Made by a program: the position numbers and the translations under genes. Shown one piece after another: positions 9,653-18,055 of a stretch of 53,060 bases of DNA. The stretch comes from a virus. Its lineage: Duplodnaviria; Caudoviricetes. Position 1 is the stretch's first letter. The number at the start of each line of letters is the position of its first letter. Location of the stretch: positions 1-53,060 of the IMG/VR virus record IMGVR_UViG_3300010354_000122; one strand, 5' to 3'. Under the pieces are notes generated by a model that was not told the DNA's origin, ran no database searches, and saw nothing but the letters and a program-made list of their open reading frames with translations.

Positions 9653-10115
9653 GCGACTTACAAAACGGTGGACGAAAACAACTGAAGAGGCTTTTGGTCC
9701 TAGGGGCAAGCAAGGCCGCGATGCTGAATTGTTTTTAATGAAAGTGTTGTCAGAACAATTCAAGTGGGAAGTGTGTGACCAAGAAGCCGAACGTGAAGAC
9801 CAGATTAGTGGTGTTGATGTTGCATTTAAAGCTCCGACGTGGTCCAATTGGTATACAGCAGACGTAAAAGGTAATATTCAAGAAAACGGTCGCTTTTACG
9901 TCGACACTGATGTCAATGGGTGGCTGTTTGACTCTAGAAAGATATCACATAGAATTTGGCACGTCAATCCAAAGACAGGGTGGATGGTGTGGTATGATAG
10001 AAATGATATGAAAGAGCATGTAAAAAAGATTGGAAAGTTTAATCAGGGGTTACTTCCAATCAATACTTGGGATAAGCTTGATTTTATTACTAGACGTAAA
10101 GCAAAGGTTGATTAA
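9645..10115 (+). CDS. Putative PD-(D/E)XK-fold nuclease
   Basis: N-terminal helix G..AE, then DQ..GVD...DVK pattern. Confidence 0.5.
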   Translation: MGERLTKRWTKTTEEAFGPRGKQGRDAELFLMKVLSEQFKWEVCDQEAEREDQISGVDVAFKAPTWSNWYTADVKGNIQENGRFYVDTDVNGWLFDSRKISHRIWHVNPKTGWMVWYDRNDMKEHVKKIGKFNQGLLPINTWDKLDFITRRKAKVD

Positions 10116-10489
10116 TGATGAAAAGTTTTATTTGGGTTACCTTTCAGAAAGAAGGCATTCATTGTTATCCGGATGCTGGAACCAATCCTAAGTTAAAGAC
10201 AGGCCAGTGGGATGACGTCAGCTTCCTTGCATCTCCCCACCGCCATGTGTTTCATTTTCGAGTTGAGCTCGAGGTATTTCATGATGATAGAGACATCGAG
10301 TTTATTCAGCTCAAGCGCTGGTTACAACGAGCATATGACACACAGGTATTATCGTTGGATTACAAGTCGTGTGAGATGATTGCAAGAGACTTATATGGTG
10401 TTATTGTAGCAAAGTATCCTGGTAGGATGTGTGTTATTGAGGTTTCAGAGGATGGCGAAAACGGGTGTAGACTTTATTTCGGAGAATAA
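10115..10489 (+). CDS. QueD-paralogous T-fold protein, DpdL-like
   Basis: LASPHRHVF (LxxxHRHxF) instead of CxxxHGH; also DRDIEF, SCEMIA, VSEDGENG. Confidence 0.75.
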   Translation: MMKSFIWVTFQKEGIHCYPDAGTNPKLKTGQWDDVSFLASPHRHVFHFRVELEVFHDDRDIEFIQLKRWLQRAYDTQVLSLDYKSCEMIARDLYGVIVAKYPGRMCVIEVSEDGENGCRLYFGE

Positions 10490-10490
10490 T

Positions 10491-11396
10491 ATGGCTCGTG
10501 TATTTAATAATTTTTATGATCGTGAGTATGCCTTCAATGAACCAATCAAATTCTGTCACATTTCACCAACGAAGTATCTAAGGCATTTTGTTCACACCAA
10601 CGGAGCTCATCTTCTTCTTGCCCATTTAGTTGAGAATGATATTGACTATCGTGACTTCTATGCTAATCTACCAGATGACAAGTACAGGATTCTCGATAAC
10701 AGCGCTTTCGAAATGTTTAAGCAAGGTAGGGAGATGTACGACTCAAGTAAGCTAATTGAGATGGGCAAGTTGTGTAAGGCTGACTGTATTGTAATGAGTG
10801 ACTACCCAAAAGAGCCAGCAGAAAAAACTATTAACAAAGCCAAAGAGCTGATTCCTCAGTTTAAGGATGCTGGGTTCCAGACATTCTTTGTTCCTCAGAG
10901 CCGTGTTGGTCAGCTTGATGAATATCTTGATTGTTTTGAGTGGGCACTTAATAATGAAGAGATTGATGTGATTGGGGTATCCATCCTAGGCTGTCCTATT
11001 GCTCTCAATGTAGAAGAGACAACCTATTATGAGGGAAATAAGTCTGATAGTTACAAAATGCAACGGTTCCTTTCACGGTGGGAGGTGATGAGACAACTGG
11101 ATCAGCGCGAACTTCTCGATGGCAAGGCTATAAAGCGTTTTCATTTTCTCGGGATGACCGATGGTCCTAAAGAGATCTCTCTCATGAGAGATTACGGGTA
11201 CGATCAGTTTATCCATACGTGGGATTCAAGTGCTGCTATTTGGGCTGGTCTACACAACATTAGCTTTGACTCCTCCCCAACTGGTTTGAAGAGTGGTAAG
11301 TTTGAGAAGGAAGTTGATTTCAGTTTTGATAATGGGGATACTTTCAATTCAATTGTGTCGTACAATATTGACTACATCAACACACTAGTTAAATGA
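10491..11396 (+). CDS. TGT/DpdA-like TIM-barrel protein (putative deazaguanine transglycosylase)
   Basis: ILDNSAFE, SDYP, HFLG and WDSS resemble DpdA/TGT motifs (DSGAF, D, H.LG, DS); sits within the queE/folE cluster. Confidence 0.6.
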   Translation: MARVFNNFYDREYAFNEPIKFCHISPTKYLRHFVHTNGAHLLLAHLVENDIDYRDFYANLPDDKYRILDNSAFEMFKQGREMYDSSKLIEMGKLCKADCIVMSDYPKEPAEKTINKAKELIPQFKDAGFQTFFVPQSRVGQLDEYLDCFEWALNNEEIDVIGVSILGCPIALNVEETTYYEGNKSDSYKMQRFLSRWEVMRQLDQRELLDGKAIKRFHFLGMTDGPKEISLMRDYGYDQFIHTWDSSAAIWAGLHNISFDSSPTGLKSGKFEKEVDFSFDNGDTFNSIVSYNIDYINTLVK

Positions 11397-11932
11397 GAAA
11401 GATTATAGCATTTACAGGAACCAAAGGCAGCGGTAAAGACACCGCTGCCATTCTACTTTGCAAACATTATAACAATTTTAAACAGGTTGCGTTTGCTGAT
11501 CCAATTAAAAAGTTTGTAATGTCGTTGTTTGACCTACCGACCGTAATTGATTATGATGTGTTCAAGCGAAGCACGATTCATTACAACTACACGCGTGTAA
11601 TGTCAGGCCGACATATTGTAAGAGAGATTGGTATGTTAATGCGTAACTATGATGTAGATCAGTTTACACGTTATGTGTCTAAACAATTTGATAACAATCG
11701 GGAAACCAACTTTGCTGTAACAGATTTGCGGTTTCTTAACGAAATTGAAATGCTAAAGAAGTATAATGCAACTGTTGTAGAAATTGTTAATCCTCGTACT
11801 CCGAGAGGGGATGATGGCCATATTACTGAGCAAGGAATAGATCCTCGGTTCATTGATCATAAGATATATAATGATAGTACGATTGAAGTTTTTGAGCAGA
11901 GATTGATTGAGTTGTATAAACAAATATTATGA
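11393..11932 (+). CDS. Deoxynucleoside monophosphate kinase (T4 gp1-like)
   Basis: GTKGSGKDT P-loop, AFADPIK, TDLRFLNE and H.TE motifs. Confidence 0.85.
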   Translation: MRKIIAFTGTKGSGKDTAAILLCKHYNNFKQVAFADPIKKFVMSLFDLPTVIDYDVFKRSTIHYNYTRVMSGRHIVREIGMLMRNYDVDQFTRYVSKQFDNNRETNFAVTDLRFLNEIEMLKKYNATVVEIVNPRTPRGDDGHITEQGIDPRFIDHKIYNDSTIEVFEQRLIELYKQIL

Positions 11933-11939
11933 GGTTATT

Positions 11940-12434
11940 ATGAAACACATTCTAGGTCCGAATTCCCGTTCCACTCTCACCAATGTTCTTGAAGGCGATT
12001 CCCAGCCAAACGCTGTAGACTTGCGTCTGGGAAAGGTTTTCAAGATTCACCCCAATCGTTTTGAACTAAGCAATGAAATTAAAAAGCATCGAGGCACTGC
12101 TGAGATTCAGCATGACCCTGAGGGTTGGTTTACTCTAGAGCCTGGACACTATGAAGTGGTGATGGAAAACATTGTCCATGTCGGTGAGAACGAGGCTGGG
12201 TGGGTAATTACAAGGTCAACGTTGAATCGCAACGGTGTGTTCTTGACATCGGGTCTCTATGACACAGGTTATCATGGAGTGATGGCTGCAGTAATGCACG
12301 TAACAATTGGACAGATTAGAGTTATGAGGGGTACAAGGATTGGTCAGTACATTAGCTTTGATGCAGAGGCGTTGCACAAATACGATGGTGACTATGGTAT
12401 TAACAAACAACACGACAAAAAGTACGGAGTATAA
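11940..12434 (+). CDS. Trimeric dCTP deaminase/dUTPase-family protein
   Basis: QPNAVDLRL, RSTLNRNG, GLYDTGYHG and RIGQ motifs. Confidence 0.8.
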   Translation: MKHILGPNSRSTLTNVLEGDSQPNAVDLRLGKVFKIHPNRFELSNEIKKHRGTAEIQHDPEGWFTLEPGHYEVVMENIVHVGENEAGWVITRSTLNRNGVFLTSGLYDTGYHGVMAAVMHVTIGQIRVMRGTRIGQYISFDAEALHKYDGDYGINKQHDKKYGV

Positions 12435-12436
12435 TT

Positions 12437-13285
12437 ATGCAAATACAAGTTTCCATTGATGAGCTGCGAAAGAATAAGCTATTCGTCGCAACACCTATGT
12501 ACGGAGGTCAGTGTGCTGGAATGTATACGCGCTCTATTGCTGATCTTGCAGCTATGTGTGCAAAGTATCAGATTCCTCTTCAGATCTACTATCTGTTTAA
12601 TGAATCGTTGATCACTCGGGCACGTAACTATTGCGTTGATGAGTTTATGCGTTCAGGTGCTACACATTTAATGTTCATTGATAGTGACATTGGATTCAAT
12701 CCTAACGATGTCCTGGCTCTCCTTGCTCTTGCTAAGGATGATAGTGATTATCATGTGATTGGCGGTCCGTATCCGAAGAAGTGTATCTCTTGGGAAAAGA
12801 TTAAGCAGGCTGTTGATAAGGGTGTTGCTGACGAAGATCCTAACGTCCTGGAGAAGTATGTTGGGGATTATGTGTTCAATCCTAAGTCTAGTCAGAGAGA
12901 GATTCCTCTCGGCCAACCAGTCCAGGTGATGGAGATTGGTACTGGATTCATGTTGGTACAGAGAAAGGTGTTTGAAGCTTACGAGAAGGCATATCCACAT
13001 CTGCATTACAAGCCTGACCACGTTCGCACAGAGCACTTCGATGGTAGTCGTGAAATCATGGCTTACTTCGATTGTATCATTGATCCGGAATCCAAGCGTT
13101 ACTTGTCTGAAGACTACAACTTCTGCTATCATGTGGATAAGATGGGGATGAAGGTATGGTTCTGTCCGTGGATGCAGCTTAAGCACGTTGGCTCTTATAT
13201 CTTCGGGGGAAGCTTGGCTGACCTTGCACAGATTGGTGCTTCAGCTACTGCTGATCCTTCGAAGATTAAGAAGAAAGGAAAATAA
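12437..13285 (+). CDS. GT-A fold glycosyltransferase-like protein
   Basis: VATPMYGG, ESLITRARN, FIDSD (DxD), GTGFMLV, LSEDY.FC and HVG motifs. Confidence 0.7.
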   Translation: MQIQVSIDELRKNKLFVATPMYGGQCAGMYTRSIADLAAMCAKYQIPLQIYYLFNESLITRARNYCVDEFMRSGATHLMFIDSDIGFNPNDVLALLALAKDDSDYHVIGGPYPKKCISWEKIKQAVDKGVADEDPNVLEKYVGDYVFNPKSSQREIPLGQPVQVMEIGTGFMLVQRKVFEAYEKAYPHLHYKPDHVRTEHFDGSREIMAYFDCIIDPESKRYLSEDYNFCYHVDKMGMKVWFCPWMQLKHVGSYIFGGSLADLAQIGASATADPSKIKKKGK

Positions 13286-13944
13286 TGAAACTCTCGCCGA
13301 GGACGATGCAACTTCTAAAAAACTTTGCATCGATCAACCAATCTATCTTGTTTCGTCAGGGAGATGTCCTTGCTACAATATCTCCAGGCAAAACTGTTCT
13401 TGCAAAAGCAAAGATAGCAGAAACGTTTGAACGCGAATTTGCTATTTTTGACTTAGCAAGGTTTATTGGTGTGATGTCGTTGTTCAATGAGCCTGCTATT
13501 GTCACGCATGAGAAGTATTGTGAGATTAAAGATGATAAGCAGAAGCTCCACTACACGTATACTGATCCTTCTATGATTGTTGTTGCTCCTGAAAAGGAAG
13601 TAAAGATTGAGCAACCTGAGATTGAGTTTACATTAACAAGTGATACGTTCAGTCGAATGATGAAAGCGGTCGCTGTGTTACAGACAGCAGAGCTTGCTGT
13701 TGTTGGTAATGGTCAGAACATTTCTCTGCAAACGTTTGACTCAAAGAACTCAACCAGCGACAACTTTAGTATTGTGGTTGGTACGACAGCTCACACGTTC
13801 GAGATGATCTTCAAAGTTGACAACCTCAAGCTACTGGCTGGTGATTATGAAGTAAAGATGACAAAAAAGAAGTTTGGACATTTTAAAGGTAATGATGTAG
13901 AATATTGGATCACTGCAGAAGTAAATTCAACATTTAGCGAGTAA
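13285..13944 (+). CDS. gp45: Sliding clamp
   Basis: LKNFASINQSI, FAIFDL..F, F..DNLKLL.GDY; synteny with gp44/gp62. Confidence 0.93.
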   Translation: MKLSPRTMQLLKNFASINQSILFRQGDVLATISPGKTVLAKAKIAETFEREFAIFDLARFIGVMSLFNEPAIVTHEKYCEIKDDKQKLHYTYTDPSMIVVAPEKEVKIEQPEIEFTLTSDTFSRMMKAVAVLQTAELAVVGNGQNISLQTFDSKNSTSDNFSIVVGTTAHTFEMIFKVDNLKLLAGDYEVKMTKKKFGHFKGNDVEYWITAEVNSTFSE

Positions 13945-13951
13945 TTATATT

Positions 13952-14896
13952 ATGAGTATTGGTGAGGATTTTCTTTGGACGGAGAAATACCGACCGAAAG
14001 ATATTGAGCATTGTATTCTTCCCTCGGATCTTAAAAAGACATTTCAACAATTCGTTGACGATAAAAACGTACCTAATCTGTTGTTAAGTGGTAGGGCCGG
14101 TGTTGGTAAAACAACTGTAGCTCGTGCAATCCTTGAGCAGTTGGATTGCGACTATATGATCATCAACGGTTCGTTGAACGGAAACATTGACACATTAAGA
14201 AATGAGATTCATTCGTTTGCTTCTGCCGTTTCATTTTCCGGTGGTCGCAAGTATGTAATTCTTGATGAGGCTGATTATCTTAATGCCAACTCTACACAGC
14301 CTGCTCTTCGTAACTTCATGGAGCAATACTCCAAGAACTGCGGTTTCATTCTAACTTGTAACTTCAAGAATAAGATTATCGATCCGCTACACTCTCGTTG
14401 TAGTGTGATTGACTTCAAGATCGACAATAAAGAAAAGCCAAAGCTGGCCGCCGATTTCTTCAAGCGTGTTATTTCGATTCTTGATAGTGAAAATGTTAAG
14501 CACGATAAAGCAGCCGTTGCAGAAGTAATTAAGAAGTTCTTTCCCGACTGGCGTAGAGTACTGAATGAGTTGCAAAGGTACAGTGCTACAGGTAGTATTG
14601 ATAGTGGAATCCTTGCTAATCATGCTGAGACTACGATCAAAGAGCTTGTTGGATTTATGAAGGAAAAGAACTTCACAAACGTTCGTAAATGGGTAGCAGA
14701 ACACAGTGATGTCGAGTCTGCTGTATTGTTTCGTCAATTCTACGATAATGCTACTCAATACTTAAAAGCTGGATCTATTCCAATGCTTGTTTTGTTGATT
14801 GGAGAATATCAGTACAAAGCAGCATTTGTTGCGGATCCAGAAATTAATCTTGCTGCATTTTGTGTCAATTGTATGACAGAGCTGGAATTTGCATGA
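13952..14896 (+). CDS. gp44: Clamp loader large subunit
   Basis: WTEKYRP, GVGKTT, ILDEAD and SRC motifs. Confidence 0.95.
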   Translation: MSIGEDFLWTEKYRPKDIEHCILPSDLKKTFQQFVDDKNVPNLLLSGRAGVGKTTVARAILEQLDCDYMIINGSLNGNIDTLRNEIHSFASAVSFSGGRKYVILDEADYLNANSTQPALRNFMEQYSKNCGFILTCNFKNKIIDPLHSRCSVIDFKIDNKEKPKLAADFFKRVISILDSENVKHDKAAVAEVIKKFFPDWRRVLNELQRYSATGSIDSGILANHAETTIKELVGFMKEKNFTNVRKWVAEHSDVESAVLFRQFYDNATQYLKAGSIPMLVLLIGEYQYKAAFVADPEINLAAFCVNCMTELEFA

Positions 14897-15306
14897 ATCC
14901 GTTCGATTTCGTTAACTCCATCAGCCTTACCAAGAAAGACATGATGACCAATACGGAAAACGACGACCTTGCTGAAAAGAGTTACGTTCCGTTTATTGTT
15001 AACAAGTCTTTGTCGTATTTTGCTGATACATTGCTGTATGCTAACGAAATCAATGCGTTATCTAGTATTGATAACAAACTCCAATATCATTTTCTTCTAA
15101 ATAGTGTCAGGCCTTCAAAGCGATTTGCAAAATGGGCTAAAAAGCACGATAGCGAAGATATGGAGAATGTTAAGGCATTTTATCATCTTAACAATGAAAA
15201 GGCACAACAAGCCCTAACCTTGCTATCACGTGAACAACTTGATGTGATAAAACAAAAATTACAAAAAGGTGGGGAAATAAATGGGAACAGTAGAAAACAT
15301 GGTTGA
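14893..15306 (+). CDS. gp62: Clamp loader small subunit
   Basis: PFDFVNSI...YVPFIVNKSLS...KRFAKW; ATG 14893 overlaps the gp44 stop. Confidence 0.9.
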   Translation: MNPFDFVNSISLTKKDMMTNTENDDLAEKSYVPFIVNKSLSYFADTLLYANEINALSSIDNKLQYHFLLNSVRPSKRFAKWAKKHDSEDMENVKAFYHLNNEKAQQALTLLSREQLDVIKQKLQKGGEINGNSRKHG

Positions 15307-15685
15307 GGTGCTTTTAAAGGAACAAGATGATTTCTTGAAGATCAAAGAAACGCTAACACGGATTGGCGTTGCTTCAAGGAAAGACAGGAAGTTGTTCCAA
15401 TCGTGCCATATCCTTCACAAGCAAGGAAAGTACTATATTGTTCATTTTAAAGAACTTTTTATGCTTGATGGCAAGCCATCAAACTTTTCTGATGATGACA
15501 AAGCAAGAAGAAACACAATTGTTGATTTACTAAAGCAGTGGGGACTAATTACTGTTTGTAATCCTGACATGATCAAAGATCCTGTTGCATTGCTGAGTCA
15601 AATAAAAGTGTTGTCGTACAAAGAAAAAGATGAGTGGGAACTTGTAACAAAGTATAACATTGGCAAGAAAAACTACCAAAGATAG
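15281..15685 (+). CDS. regA: Translational repressor RegA
   Basis: DFLKIKETLTRIG and QSCHILHKQGKYYIVHFKELF. Confidence 0.96.
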   Translation: MGTVENMVEVLLKEQDDFLKIKETLTRIGVASRKDRKLFQSCHILHKQGKYYIVHFKELFMLDGKPSNFSDDDKARRNTIVDLLKQWGLITVCNPDMIKDPVALLSQIKVLSYKEKDEWELVTKYNIGKKNYQR

Positions 15686-15694
15686 GAGAATGCT

Positions 15695-15805
15695 ATGTTT
15701 ACACTAACAGTCGGATTCATCGTAGGTCTACTAGTTGGTTGGAATGTACCACAACCAGGTTTTATCAAGAGCCTCGTTGATAAGGTTAAATCGAAGTTTT
15801 CCTAA
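15695..15805 (+). CDS. 36-aa small membrane protein (absent from ORF track)
   Basis: AGGAG RBS, then MFTLTVGFIVGLLVGWNVPQPGFIKSLVDKVKSKFS*; fills the regA-dCMP deaminase gap. Confidence 0.7.
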   Translation: MFTLTVGFIVGLLVGWNVPQPGFIKSLVDKVKSKFS

Positions 15806-15820
15806 TTTACTTACTATATT

Positions 15821-16264
15821 ATGAAGTGGGATAAGCGTTTTTTAGATTTAGCATGTTTAGTGTCAGGATGGTCAAAAGACCCAGCAACCAAGGTTGGTGC
15901 TGTAATTGTCAATGAGCGTAAGCAGATTCTTGGCATAGGTTTTAACGGTTTTCCTCGTGGTGTAGAAGACAAACCAGAGCTCTATGCCAACAGAGAAATA
16001 AAGCTTCTCTACGTTTCTCATGCTGAGCGCAATGCTCTTGACAATTGTCTTGTTGACTTATTTTCTCAAAACGCTACAATATACTGTACGTTGTTTCCAT
16101 GCCCCGATTGTGCAAAGGGCATTATTCAACGCGGTATAAAGCGTCTAGTTTCGTTTTATCCCGATTCTGACCGCCATAGGCCAGAGATATCCACAGACAT
16201 GTTTAAACAGGCTGGTATTGAGGTTATACTGTATCCTGGAGGATATAATCATGGAACAAATTAA
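15821..16264 (+). CDS. cd: dCMP deaminase
   Basis: WSKDP.TKVGAVIV, GFNGFPRG, HAE.NA and PC..C motifs. Confidence 0.92.
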   Translation: MKWDKRFLDLACLVSGWSKDPATKVGAVIVNERKQILGIGFNGFPRGVEDKPELYANREIKLLYVSHAERNALDNCLVDLFSQNATIYCTLFPCPDCAKGIIQRGIKRLVSFYPDSDRHRPEISTDMFKQAGIEVILYPGGYNHGTN

Positions 16265-16463
16265 ATGCATGCGTGATGATGGTTCTGTATTTGCTATTAT
16301 TGAGACATATGTGGAAGATGATGGCAAACGATTTATACGGCTGAATGTAGTTGAGGATAGTGACTGGTTGTACATCGATGATATGCAATCCCTAGCCATG
16401 CAACTAAACACAGCTGTTCTGAAATTATATTATCGAGATGACAAAAATCTAGTTAAATCTTGA
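16251..16463 (+). CDS. Hypothetical protein
   Basis: GGAGG RBS upstream of ATG 16251. Confidence 0.55.
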   Translation: MEQIKCMRDDGSVFAIIETYVEDDGKRFIRLNVVEDSDWLYIDDMQSLAMQLNTAVLKLYYRDDKNLVKS

Positions 16464-16530
16464 TAAATATAATATGCAACGCCCATATGGGGTTGCATTT
16501 TTAACTTAACCTGCCTAAAAGGAGGCTATT
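16462..16530 (+). promoter_or_regulatory. Late promoter plus structured hsp20 5' UTR (RNA-thermometer-like)
   Basis: GATAAATA (16462-16469); hairpin 16474-16498; second hairpin CCT(G)CCT-AAA-AGGAGG (16510-16525) pairing the SD. Confidence 0.55.
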
Positions 16531-17013
16531 ATGACGAAACTTACTCTGAACTCGATGTTCCCCGATATCAAAGCATTCGATCAATTCTTCGTTGGGTTTG
16601 ATGATGTTATTCAACGTGCCCACAAGATGCAAGAAGAGATCGCTAAGAATGTTCCTAACTACCCCCCATACAATATCAAAAAGGTTGATGATAACAAGTA
16701 CGTTATCGAGTTGGCCGTTGCTGGTTTTGATCAGCAGGATATTGAAATTGAGCTTGCTGATGAAAAGCTGGTTGTTAAGGGTAGTGTCAAGGGAGATTCT
16801 GAAAATCTAGCAGATTACCTGTTCAAGGGTATCGGTATGCGTGCTTTCACACGTACCTTCGCTCTTTCTGACCACATCGAAGTCGACAATGCTGAGCTTG
16901 TTAATGGCATGCTTCGTGTGTGGCTTGAGCGTATTATTCCTGAGCATAAGAAGCCAAAGAAGGTTCCTGTTAACGCCAAGAAGTCTGGCAAACAAGAACT
17001 CCTTGCTGAGTAA
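16531..17013 (+). CDS. hsp20: Small heat shock protein Hsp20 (IbpA-like)
   Basis: NYPPYNI, IELAVAGF, GI..RAFTRTF.L and A.L.NGML.V.LER..PE. Confidence 0.95.
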   Translation: MTKLTLNSMFPDIKAFDQFFVGFDDVIQRAHKMQEEIAKNVPNYPPYNIKKVDDNKYVIELAVAGFDQQDIEIELADEKLVVKGSVKGDSENLADYLFKGIGMRAFTRTFALSDHIEVDNAELVNGMLRVWLERIIPEHKKPKKVPVNAKKSGKQELLAE

Positions 17014-17020
17014 CAAACAA

Positions 17021-17044
17021 GGGGCCGGGCAACCGGCCCCCTTT
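17021..17044 (+). terminator. Probable terminator hairpin after hsp20
   Basis: GGGGCCGG-GCAA-CCGGCCCC followed by a short CTTT tail. Confidence 0.7.
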
Positions 17045-17063
17045 ATAATCTAAGGAGACGACC

Positions 17064-17369
17064 ATGGCAGTGATGATAGTGCGTTTAATTAATGGTGATG
17101 AGTTAATTGGTGATTGTGAAGTTAATGAAACTGGCGTTCGTATGAAAGAGCCTGCACAAATTCATCTTGGCATGAATCCACAAACAGGAAAAATCAACGT
17201 AGGCTTTTTACCATATGCTAACCTTCTTAAAGAAAACTTTATCAATATTAAATCTGATCACATCATCTATACTGGAGAGCCGATCCAGGACGCATACAAC
17301 CAGTACAACACGATGTTTGGGTCCGGATTGGTAGTTGCTGGACCTGGTAGTATTGATCTGAAGCAATAA
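17064..17369 (+). CDS. Conserved T4-like hypothetical protein (Sm-like)
   Basis: IVRLINGDELI and YNTMFGSGLV; AAGGAG RBS. Confidence 0.65.
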   Translation: MAVMIVRLINGDELIGDCEVNETGVRMKEPAQIHLGMNPQTGKINVGFLPYANLLKENFINIKSDHIIYTGEPIQDAYNQYNTMFGSGLVVAGPGSIDLKQ

Positions 17370-17400
17370 TAAATATGGGGATCACTAGGAGGTGATTCCC
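17368..17400 (+). promoter_or_regulatory. Late promoter and RBS-sequestering hairpin of the endolysin gene
   Basis: AATAAATA (17368-17375); GGGGATCAC-TAGGAG-GTGATTCCC (17377-17400) immediately before ATG 17401. Confidence 0.65.
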
Positions 17401-18021
17401 ATGTTACCATTAACTGTACAACAGCTGCAAAAGTTATTCCCATCCACAAAAGTTGACGTTCTAACAAGCTATGTCGATCCTCTCAGCTTTTTTATGGGAG
17501 AGGAAAAGATTGACACAAAGCTTCGGATTTGTGCTTTCCTTGCTCAAGTTGGACACGAGTCTGCTGGACTTGCCATAACTAAAGAAAATCTCAATTATGG
17601 TGCCCAGGGATTAATGAATACCTTTAAAAAATATTTCCCTACAATGGACCTTGCTCTTCAATATGAGCGTCAGCCTGAAAAAATTGCAAATCGTGTCTAT
17701 GCAGACAGAATGGGAAACGGTCCCGAAAGTTCAGGAGATGGTTGGAAGTATCGTGGTAGAGGATTGATCCAACTTACTGGCAAAGAAAACTACACAAACT
17801 TTGCAGCAGAGAGAGGTCTTGCTTTTAGTGAAGTTATTTCCTACCTCGAGACCCCAGACGGAGCTTCAGAATCAGCTGTGTGGTTTTGGAAAAAGAACAA
17901 CCTCAATCAATATGCTGATATCAGCGACATGCTGACAATTACAAAAAGAATAAATGGTGGTACAAACGGCCTTGACCACAGAATGTCGTTGTATAAACAA
18001 GCACTTGATATTTTTGTTTGA
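17401..18021 (+). CDS. Endolysin, glycoside hydrolase family 19
   Basis: FLAQVGHES, ENLNY, YRGRGLIQLTG..NY and TKRINGG motifs. Confidence 0.92.
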   Translation: MLPLTVQQLQKLFPSTKVDVLTSYVDPLSFFMGEEKIDTKLRICAFLAQVGHESAGLAITKENLNYGAQGLMNTFKKYFPTMDLALQYERQPEKIANRVYADRMGNGPESSGDGWKYRGRGLIQLTGKENYTNFAAERGLAFSEVISYLETPDGASESAVWFWKKNNLNQYADISDMLTITKRINGGTNGLDHRMSLYKQALDIFV

Positions 18022-18055
18022 ATCGTGTAAGGTGGTAGTTTCGTTATGAGGTCTT

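Noticed and set aside
16474-16498. CIRCE operator upstream of hsp20
   Set aside because: The inverted repeat does not match TTAGCACTC-N9-GAGTGCTAA; it is better explained as an RNA hairpin
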